The position numbers and the translations under genes were made by a program. Source: the human T2T-CHM13v2.0 reference genome, Homo sapiens. Taken from it: a stretch of 64,000 nt of DNA. The stretch lies in the NCBI RefSeq assembly GCF_009914755.1, contig NC_060933.1; one strand, 5' to 3'. The notes under the pieces were generated by a model, which searched no databases, had not been told where the DNA came from, and was given only the letters and a program-made list of their open reading frames with translations. Shown one piece after another: positions 42,512-52,920 of this stretch (positions are counted from its first letter, which is position 1; every line of letters begins with the position of its first letter).

Positions 42512-42880
42512 TGACGTGCTTTGGCCTTGTCTTCCCACCCAAATCTTACCTTGTGGCTCCCATGGCTCCCATGTGTTGTGGGAGGGATCCAGTTGTAGAT
42601 GTTCAAATCATGGGGGTGGGTCTTTCCTGTGTTGTTCTCATGAAGGAGAGTGGGTCTCATGAGATCTTATGGTTTTAAAAGCAGGAATTTCTCTGCACAA
42701 GCTCTCTCTCTTTGCCTGCTGCCATCCATGTAAGACATGACTTGCTCCTCCTTACCTTCTGCCATGATTATAAGGCTTCCCCAGTCGTGTGGAACTGTAA
42801 GTCCAATTAAACCTCTTTCTTTTGTAAATTGCCCAGTCTCGAGTATGTCTTTATCAGCAGTGTGAAAATGGACTAATACA
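42512..42880 (+). mobile_element. THE1A-type MaLR 5' LTR
   Basis: ...cccacccaaatct...ggaactgtaagtccaattaaacctctttcttttgtaaattgcccagtctc...ggactaataCA. Confidence 0.93.
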
Positions 42881-44044
42881 GTAAATTGGTAACAGTAGAA
42901 TGGGGTGTTGCTGAAAAGGTACCCCAAAATATGGAAGCGTCTTTGGAACTGGGTAATGGGCAGAGGTTGGAACAGTTTGGAGAGCTCAGAAGAAGACAGG
43001 AAAATGTGGGAAAGTTTGGAACTTCCTAGAGACTTGTTGAATAGCTTTGACAAAAATGCTGATAGTGATATGAACAATAAGGTCCAGGCTGAGATGGTCT
43101 CCAATGGAGATGAGGAACTTTTTGGGAACTGGAGCAAACTTGTTATGTTTTAGCAAAAAGACTGGCTGCATCCTGGCTCTGTCCTAGAGATTTGTGGAAC
43201 TTTGAACTTGAGAGAGATGATTTAGGGTATCTGGTGGAAGAAATTTCTAAGCAGCAAAGCATTCAAGACGCGACTTGGGTGCTTTTAAAGGCATTCAGTT
43301 TTATAAGGGAAGCAGAGCATAAAAGTTCAGAAAATTTGCAGCCTGACAATGTAATAGAAATGAAATTCAAGCCAGCTACACATATTTGCATAAGTAATGA
43401 GGAGCCAAATGTTAGTTCCCAAGACAATGAAGAAAATGTCTCCAGGGCATGTCAGAGGTCTTCATGGAAGCCCCCTTCCATCACAGGCCCAGAGGTCAGG
43501 AGGAAAAAGTGGTTTCATGGGCTGGGCCCAGGGTCCTCTGCTGTGTACAGTCTAGGCACTTGGTGCTCTGCATCCCAGCCACTCCAACTATGGCTGAAAG
43601 GGGCCAATGTAGAGCTCAACTGTAGCTTCAGAGGGTGCAAGCCCCAAGCTTTGGCAGCTTCCATGTGGTGTTGAGCCTTTGGGTGCACAGAAGTCAAGAA
43701 TTGAGGTTTGAGAACCTCTGCCTAGATTTCAGAAGATGAATGGAAAGTGGCTGGATGCCCAGGCAGAAATTTGCTGCAGGGGTGGGGCCCTCATGGAGAA
43801 CCTCTGTTAGGGGAACGCAGAAGGGAAATATGGGGTCAGAGCCTCCACACAGAGTCCCTACTGGGGCACCACCTAGTGGAGATGTGAGAAGAGGGCCACT
43901 GTCCTCCAGAGCCCAGAATGGTAGATTCACCAACAGCTTACACCGTGTGCCTGGAAAAGCCACAAATGCTCAATACCAGCCTGTGAAAGCAGCTGAGAGG
44001 GAGGCTGTACATTGCAAAGCCACACGGGCAGAGCTGCCCAAGAC
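42881..44044 (+). mobile_element. THE1 internal sequence, 3'-truncated, no 3' LTR
   Basis: gtaaattggt...gaactttgaacttgagagagatgatttaggg...gagctgcccaagac, then unrelated DNA. Confidence 0.92.
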
Positions 44045-44092
44045 AACCCCTTTTATTTGATAACTCAGTTATTTAAAAAAATTTATTTTTAG

Positions 44093-44278
44093 TACCAACT
44101 TGGCAACATAGCAAGACCTCATCTCCACTAAACGTAAGAAAAATCAGCCAAATGTGGTGGTGCACTCCTGTAGTCCCAACTATCCAGTAGGCTGAGGCAG
44201 GAGGATGGCTTGAGCCCAAGAGTTCAGTGAGCTATGATTGCACCACACTGCACTCCAGCCTGGGCAAACTCAAAAAAA
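44093..44278 (+). mobile_element. 5'-truncated AluJ
   Basis: ggcaacatagcaagacctcatctc...ggaggatggcttgagcccaag...gagctatgattgcacc. Confidence 0.85.
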
Positions 44279-44284
44279 GCCCAA

Positions 44285-44600
44285 AGTTTATTTTGAAATA
44301 AAATTAGATTTACAGAAGCATTTTAAAAGTAGTTCAGAAAGGTCCTATATCCTCTTTACTCAAATTTACCTAATGTTAACATCTTATACAACCATGATAT
44401 ATTTGTCAAAATTAAAAAATTATCATTAATGCAGTATTATTAACTAACTGTACTCTTTATTTGGATTTCATCAGTTTTTGCACTTTTTTTCCTCTTTCAG
44501 TATCCAATGCCTTTGATTTTCATGCTGTCTTAATATCTCCAGTTTGTGACAGTGTCTTACGATCTTGACACTTTTGATAAGTATATTCAACCATTTTTTC
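44285..44600 (-). mobile_element. L1MC-type 3' fragment
   Basis: ttattttgaaata...agatttacagaag...atgttaacatcttata...ttggatttcatcagttttt. Confidence 0.65.
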
Positions 44601-46769
44601 AATGATGGTTAGTGATGGAACACATTCTTCATCTATTATTTCTGCTTCTATTCCAGTCATTCACTTTTTTCACCTTGGGAACATACCTAATTAATAGGTT
44701 TGATCTCCATTGTCTTATTTCCTTATCTGTCATGTTCTTTCAAAGATTTTCTTCTCTTTTACACCCTGTCACTTTAGAGTGTTTCTTATGTTTTTCTTCT
44801 ACCTTGATTTTTTTTATTATCTGCAATGCCATTCTCTTTATCATCAACATTAAAAATTTTTCTGGTCTAAAGTGGGTTTACATGCAACACTTTCTTACAT
44901 AACATTTTATCTTAGCTTGTAATCTATGCATTTCATCTACTATAATTACATTTCAGCCCATTGGTGCCTTTTCATTATATGCCCAAGTTTCATAGAGCAG
45001 AAAGTAACAAGGGAAAAAGAAAATAAAGTAGGTATAAAAAGAAAACTGGAAAGAAGTACATGCTGCTGCATAGAGAGAGAGGCAGAGACCAACTGCTTTG
45101 GTTTTGAGGATTTGCAATTCAAGTCTCTTCTGAAGCCTGACTACATTACATTGCCAAAAGCTTTGCAGCAGTTTCTTCTGGTTCCTATAGTGAATCATTT
45201 TCGGAAATTTGTTTCGTACGAAATTACCTTTTCCTTATTTTTCAGGACTTTTTGTTTTGAATAGGCCCAATTTTGTCTTTCCTCTCCTTACACATCCTCA
45301 AGTGTGGTGTGTTTGATCCACACAGTTAACCAGCCTTCAGTCCATTAGAAATTACTTTGATTTACTTCTGCCTTCCTTGGGCACTGATTGAGACCCCTTT
45401 CTACATCCACAGATGGAAATACCTGTAGAATTCCAGCTTAAATTCTAAAGCTGAGCATGCTCTAATCTAGTGTTGCTCTGTTGAAAAAAGTGAAATGCTC
45501 TCCTGTTCTGGATCACTGCTCAGTTTCTTGAGATTCCAGGTAATATGGTGTATACAAAATAGACTTCCTTAAGATGAACTGCATCCAGATTTCTTCCTAT
45601 TTCTATCCACAACAATTTACTTTGGGTGGCTATACTTCCCACAGAGCAATATGGCATTATTCCCCTCCATGTTTCTCTAGCTGTTGTTTTCTGAGACCAG
45701 TGGTTTCTGGGTAGATATTAAAAAAAAATGAGGCAAGGAGTAAAGCAAAGTGCTAAGAGCACAGAGATGACTACATTCTTTAAAAGATTAATATAGATTG
45801 CCAGTCAATTGTGGGAGGGTGAAAATTATCCCCCTATATTTTGAAGGGTGAGCAGAACTGCTTAGCCATGATGCAAAGGATGGGGAGAGCACATTTTTTT
45901 TTTTACTTTATGTATTAATTAGTTGATTCAACAAATATATGTATATATTGGATCATTGTTATGTGCAAGGCACTGTACTTCATCCTGGTAACACATATCT
46001 AAACAAGAAAGTCATGTTCCCTGCCTCCATTAATTTTTTTTCTCAGTTGCTGGAAATTCATTAGCATTTTTGAATGTCGGCATTTATGGCGTGTACTTTT
46101 CTCCATAGAGTTATTATCATAACTAAACATGATAATCCATGTCTGGTGTCTCCTGCATGGTAAGCACTGCATGTTAGCTTTTTTTTTTTTTATTATGATT
46201 ATTATGAGTACTACTACTTTCTCTATTACCATTGGTCAGACATTAAGGCAAACACCTCGCATGCATCATCACATTCAGTCTTCAGAACAAGCCTTTAGGG
46301 AGGATGTCAGCCTTAGTTTTCAGTGTTCTGTTTTTATCTATTTTTTTCTTGGGCATTTTGGTGAACTGTTGGAGTAGGCTGTGTAAGGGATTGATAATAA
46401 TTTTTCTTTCTCCTGTTCTCTTTGATCCTGTTTCCCATTTTTGCCCATTAATTTTATCATTCATTGATGATGGTACTGACACCAATTTTAATACCTGTTG
46501 ATTATTCTTGTTCACAACTATTACTGTGGTGTTTACTAAATTGGTTATTTTTTATTTCCATCACCGTACCTACTATTGTTCATTGGTATTTTGCTGTAGC
46601 AAGAGCTTGCACTTCTCCTCTCTTTAATTATGAAACTTTATTTATGTCAGTATATACTCATGAATATTCATTTATAATCATTAAATATTTTGTGACTCAA
46701 ATTGACCCAGGTTTGAACATTGAGAGCCCTTTACAGTTAGTTGTCTCCTGTTTTGGATAATATTTTAAA

Positions 46770-47750
46770 TTGGAAATCTCTTAGCTTTTTCTGCCAAGTT
46801 TACTATTATACAAAATGTTGAAAGAATTATACAGTAGATACTCATATGGATTCTACAATTTGCATTTTTTCTGTATTTCCTTTATAATATAGCTATCTAA
46901 TCATCAATCATCTTATCCTTTGTTGATATGACAAAGTATGCTGCCGACATACGTACACTACACCCCAAAACACTTCAGCTTGCATATCATTATCTAGAGT
47001 TCAATATTTGTTTATAGTTCGTTTTTGAGGTATAATTAAATAATATGAAATGAACAAATCTTAAGTGTGCCATTAAAGGAGTTTGGATAAATGCATATAC
47101 CTGTATCAAACAAATCCCTCTAATGATATACAACATTATCATCATCACCCTAGGAAGTTCCCTAATACATCTTTATAGTAGAGAGATTTATATTCTTTTG
47201 GGTATATACGCAATGATGGAATTGTTGGGTCAAATGGTAATTCTGTTTCCGCTTCTTTGAGGAATCTCCACGTGGCTTTCCACAATGGCTAAAAAATACC
47301 TATTAGGTACTATGCATATTACCTGGACGATGAAATAATCTGTACACCAAACTGCCGTGACATGCAGTTTACCCATATAGCAAACTTGCACAGGTACACC
47401 TGTGCAGGTTAAGAAAAAAAAAAAAAAGAAATTCCCTAATTCTTCTTTCTTTCCAAGTAACCACTGTGCCCACCTCCCTGTAGACTAGATTTCTCTCTAC
47501 TAGAAGTTGATATAAGTAGAATCATAAATTAGATACTCTTTTGTAGGGCTCCTTTCACTCAACATGTTTTCAAGATTCATCACATTGTTATTCTCAGTAG
47601 TTCATTCCCTTTAATTATTGAATAAAATTCCATTGCACAGACATAACACTGTTTATCCATTTTCCAATTGGTGAATACCAGAACATTTCTAATTGTTGCC
47701 TATTATGAGTAAAGCTGCTATGAATCTTCTCGTCCAAGTCTTTCTGTGGA
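46770..47750 (-). mobile_element. Old L1M fragments hosting a younger L1PA
   Basis: aatcttaagtgtg...gtttggataaatgcatatacc...caagattcatcac...gctgctatgaatcttctcgtccaagtc. Confidence 0.7.
47167..47425 (+). mobile_element. Short 5'-inverted (twin-primed) L1PA13-16-type insertion
   Basis: 47167-~47290 is antisense ORF2 and ~47290-47425 is sense 3'UTR plus A-tail; TSD AGGAAGTTCCCTAAT (47152-47166) / AAGAAATTCCCTAAT (47426-47440). Confidence 0.85.
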
Positions 47751-49239
47751 CCCTAGAAAGGGTTTTGCTCCCTGAATGTACATCACAGATGTGAGCCATA
47801 CCTCCTTCTCTCACAGCTTGCTTGCCGCCAGCCTCACCCATGTGAGACCTTGTGGCCCTGTTTGTACCAATGATTCCACTCCCCTGACCCTGCTTATTGG
47901 GTGGTGTATACACCTAACCCATTTGGAGAAAGCAGATTATTTTTTCTAAGAACCTAAACTTCTGGAGCTATGGACAAACGTAGGCATGGAGAAATAGAGA
48001 AAGCCAATTTGCCAAAAGAAGAATGCAGACTTAGGGGGACAGAAACAAGGGGCAGGATAGCCTGTCCTAAAGAGGGAGAATGGAAAAAATAGCTGCCTAT
48101 TTTTGACGGTTTCCTCATTCTGGACTCTCCAAGGCTTTGGTTGCATTTCCTTTCTCAGGTTTCGTAACATTTTTTTCTATATAATAATACATTCTCTAAT
48201 AAATTCTATTATTATTTATTCAAGTTAGCTCAATATATTTTGGATATTTCCTACTGAAAATCTTGACTAAATCACTGAAAACAAAATACCACAAGTATAG
48301 ATTTGTTGTTTGGTCTAAATTCCAGTCTGTACACATAACAGAGCCTAGCATAGAGTATATACTCAATAAAGGTTTGTTGACTGACGAATGACTGAAAAGT
48401 GTAAACACTGTGAACAAGGCAATAATAAAGGTGATTGGTTGGTTATAGTCTAGGATAAATGGCTCAATCAGAAAATTTCCTGTGAGCAGGTTTTTAATGA
48501 CAGGAAGGAGGAGAGAATATCCAACTGGGGAACTTTCTACCTGAGTAAGGAATGATTTCTTCTATAGCCTCCTAAAAAAGGAGGGCTCTGGAACAAGAAG
48601 TATAGCAAAACCAAGTATTCCTACAACACATAAATGGTCAGGGCCCCATGTGAGGCACTGCAGAAAAGATAGAGGACTTAGTCTTAGTTCTCTACCGTTT
48701 TTGGATGCAGACTTAACCTACTTCACCCTCCTGTTTAGGATCCAGGCAGAGGAAATGGGGTGAGTGAATGTTAGAAGCTAGGAATTTTTCTCTCCCTCCC
48801 TCTGGAAAGGCTTTATCTAACTTTCTCTGCAGTGGAAACTTAGAGACACTCAGCATTCAAATAAAGTAGGTTGCCCGAATTTTCATCATCCCAATCCACA
48901 TTGGAAATGTGTCTATTTTCTGAGAAACCACTGAGCTCAATCTACATTTCTTATTACCATTTAGAAAAAGAGGGATGGCAGTTGACTGTAACAGATAAAG
49001 GGCAATTGCTTATTTTTCAATCAATTCTTATTGATTTGGGAGACACAGGTCCTTAACTGTATGTGTGCTTCATCTTCCCGTTGGAAATTTCTACTTCATT
49101 TGATAAATGGATTCTAGTTTAAATTACAGTGCAACATCCTTGTGTGCATTGTAGGAGGAGGCTTTAGGTCTTTCAAATACAAGAGAGGAGTGTTTACAAA
49201 ACAAGTAAACCTTTCCCTATACTGGCTGCCTTGACTGGT

Positions 49240-49425
49240 AGTGCAGGTTCTGAAATCAGACTGCCTGGATTTGAATCCTGGCTGGATCACTTACTATCTT
49301 TGTAATGTTGGGCCAGCTGATTCTCCTCTTGATGCCTCAGTTTCTTCATCTTTGAAATGGGTGTAGCTCTAATAGTATTTACCTTATGGTGTTGTGAGGA
49401 TGAAATGAGGATAATTTTATGTATT
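49240..49425 (+). mobile_element. MIR
   Basis: tctgaaatcagactgcctggatttgaatcctggct...tgcctcagtttcttcatc...gttgtgaggatgaaatgag. Confidence 0.85.
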
Positions 49426-50499
49426 AAATGAAAGGACTGAGAAAGCATTTAGTTCAAGCCTGTTCTTTAAACTTTTTTTGTTTTCTTTCTCTTGGGACCG
49501 AAGGGTCAGCATTACTTCATGACTGAGCCTGCAAGTCTCGTTTCATTTTCCCTGAATTCTTTCATTTTTCCTGAATTCTTTGCAATAAGTTGTTGAAATA
49601 CTTTTATATGCCCACCTTTCAACATTTCTAATTGTACTACCAATAAGATTTTGGATGTGTTTTTATTTTCATACCACTTATTTTTCTTTTCATTTTGACA
49701 CACTTGCAAGTGCTTATAGATTGATTCTATATTTGTATTATATACATCTCTCATAAAAATATATGTGTGTATATGTAATAATGGTTTGCTTATAATTGAT
49801 TCACAAAAATGGGAACACAGATCAAAGATGAATTATTTTTAGGATTATGGTACAGGGTTCAGTAGTTTAATAGACATTTATACTGATTATTTCTTTAAAT
49901 CCTCTTTTGAAAATCTGATCTTATTTTGGTATCATGTGAAAACAGCATTTAAACTGTATTTTTTTTTTGTCAAATATATGTTTCTAAAATTATTTATTTC
50001 ATACTAAATTTCTTACTGTTAATCTCTAAAAGATAGCTTTTTAGCATAACCAAAATAACACATCTAAAATATTCACATCTAAGTTAGAAAAAACTTTTAT
50101 ATTGATATAATTGTAAATTCAAATGTATTATAGTTGTAATAAATAATGCAAAGAGATTCTATATATCTTTTTCCCAGTTTTTCCTAGTGGGAGCATTTTG
50201 CTTAACTGTGGTCCAATATCACAACAAGGAAATTGACACTGATGCAATCCATCACATACTAAAAATTTTAACTATAATTCTTTTCATATTATTAAAAATG
50301 AAGGTACTGCCCAAATTTCTGTATTGTCTCATAATATTTTCCCAGATGATTTGTTATAATAAGAGGGATCCTTGCTTTCTTAAGAACAAATCAAATAAAT
50401 CTCTTTCTGAGTAATATTTGCTGCCTTACACAGCCTAACATGGATATGTACAGAATGGAAAAGAGCGGACAGGTGAAGAGAATCGAGAATCCCATCGAG

Positions 50500-51000
50500 T
50501 CACAATCATTATCCCCAATTTGCAGGTGACTGAACTGAAGTACATAAAAGATAAGTACTTGTGCAAGGTCCCATGGATGGCTAGTGCCACAGCCGGAATT
50601 CTAATCTGAGGTTTTCATGTTTTCTGTGACAGCACAAGAGATCCATGGAAGCTCTGGGGAAAAAATCTTGTAAAAATTCAAGACATTTTACAGCCTGCAG
50701 GACTGTTGGGACTCAAATATTGCTGATGCAGCTTAATATGTTCTGGTACACTGATTTCTAGAGGTAGTTAGTGAGGCTGTAGATGAAAGGACATAAGACT
50801 TGACCTTAAGGACAAGGGATCCACCCTGCTCCCATCATTTACTTGTAGTGAACTTTGGGCAGGTCATTTAATCTTTTTGAAATTCTATATTTCATCTACA
50901 CAGCAGGAATATGAGTACCTATTTTATAGTTTTATTTGCCGATGACACAAGATAATATTTGCAAAGCTGCTAGCACATAACAGTGCTCAATAAATGCTAG
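50500..51000. mobile_element. Two MIRs (minus ~50500-50610; plus ~50790-51000)
   Basis: atccccaatttgcaggtgactgaactgaag...; actttgggcaggtcatttaatct...gtgctcaataaatgctag. Confidence 0.7.
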
Positions 51001-52589
51001 TTCAACCTGAATGCTTGGCAAATAGCAAAAAACAAATGCTACAGAAAATGTTATTCAATGTTTGCAATGAGCCTGAAAATTTGAAGACTAATTTTGAAAG
51101 AATTCTTCAGAGCAATTTAATTTTTCTCAAGGCAACAGCAAAGGTTGATACAGGGGCTCCTCTTTTGTATAAGGTGTCATGGACAAGGGGCTGACATTCA
51201 TCCCTGCTTCATTTTGGCCCCAAGTCCTTTACAGATTGGTGCTGACACACGCTCAAGAAACCCAGGCAAATCATCTGCTTGGTTCCTAACAAGCTGCTTG
51301 TGGTTTTAGCCAGAGTCAGTTTAACATCAGTGGCCCCTTTGTAAACTGTTTTGTTCTGTTTTTCTTAGGAACAAAATGCCAGCCTGGTCAAGATGTAGAA
51401 ACTTGCTGTTCCATTGTAATAGGATATGCATTTAAATGGGAGTTATGCAAGCTGAAGGATACTCCTGCTAGTGTTAGATTCAGCAAGCCAGTGGGAAAAT
51501 CTACTAAGTCCTCTGGAATCGCTGAGCCTGAAGGCCTCTGGGGCTGGAGGCACGACTGGCTAGGACCAGCTTGCTTTTAATGTAGATATTTTGTTTCTGC
51601 TCCACCACTGGGAGAAAAACATCCCAAATAAATTCTACTATTTTTTCTGTTCCTTTATAACATGTTATTTCTGCACTTATGATTTTAGAAAGATGTTATT
51701 TCCAAACTTTGGGTATAAAGCTAAAATTTCTTTTACAACACCTGCCACAATGCTGTATTTTTATTTTCCCATAAGAATTTCTTTATTATGAAATTCACAA
51801 GTTGAAAACATCAATTGTTTTGTTGTGTAATTCAAGTTCTAAATGCATCTTCTTTTCTTTTTAGTCTATAATATCAGAATTTACAAAATGAGTTAAAAAG
51901 CACACTATTGGCTTAGGCCTTGGGCACTACATGAACAGTTTGGTGAGGGTTTTAGGATGCTTTGAGATGTTGTTAAAATCTTTTGGTGGTATTAGGAGGA
52001 ATCTCTAAAAGTTTTGCAATTTAACTATTTAAATAAGCGCTAAAGATTTTCTGTGAAAAGAGCACAAAAACTCTTTAAACAAAGACCCATTTCACATTTT
52101 AATGCAAATTACTATAATTTGGAGAGTCTGCCTATATTTCTAAATATAACACTGCATAAAATTAGTGGCATATTTTGTATTATCCACTCACTTATACTAC
52201 TCTCACTCTGAAAAGCCTTATAGGGATGAATAGATTGCCTGCACAAAGTGGGTGCATAGGCTTTCAAATGTTTAAAGAAGAGATGAGACTATAAAGAATA
52301 TAGAATGCTCATGAAAACATTCCTCAAGCTTGATACAAGCGTCCATATCAATAGTGGTGGACGAATGAGACCCCTAAGTACCCTAAGTAATTACTTCTCC
52401 TGTGGTTCGCCAAGATCATGCAACCGGGAGGCAGTGGTTGCTTCAGCAGTCTTGCCATATAAGCGAAGAACACTGGAGTTCATTTCTAGAGGTGCTGATA
52501 ATTGCCACATTCATGATAAAATGTTCCATAGTATACCACTCCCTTTCTTCACACATATATTTTTACCTAATTTATAAATTACTGCCTTT

Positions 52590-52920
52590 AAATGAGTGAG
52601 TCACGTGTAACAGCTGTTTGATGTTTCTCTGTGCAGTTGGCCAGCCTTAGGAGATCAACATGGCGGCCTCCTTTCCCCTTTTTTCTTTCCCCAGTATGCG
52701 AGGTGGAGACCAAAGGGAGGAGAAGGAAAGACTAGGAGAGCGACTCTTTCTTCCATCCCACATCAGTTTAATATCTCTAGAGTAGGAATTCTGCACAGAA
52801 ATGACTACGCACGAGGCCTGCTAATTCAAATCCCTTCACAGACGGAAAGACCCGCGATGCTAGTCCAGGAGTCCGAAGGCGACTGTCTCCTCAGTCCAGA
52901 TGGCAAGGGTTCCCCAGCTG
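52590..52920. promoter_or_regulatory. Candidate cis-regulatory element (AP-1, E-box, YY1 cluster)
   Basis: TGAGTCA 52597-52603 overlapping GTCACGTG 52600-52607; AACAGCTGTT 52609-52618; CAACATGGCGGC 52656-52667; local CpG excess; no recognisable repeat. Confidence 0.5.

Noticed and set aside
42667-44060. Cluster of 80-160 aa ORFs
   Set aside because: They are fragmented THE1 LTR/internal reading frames with stops and frameshifts.
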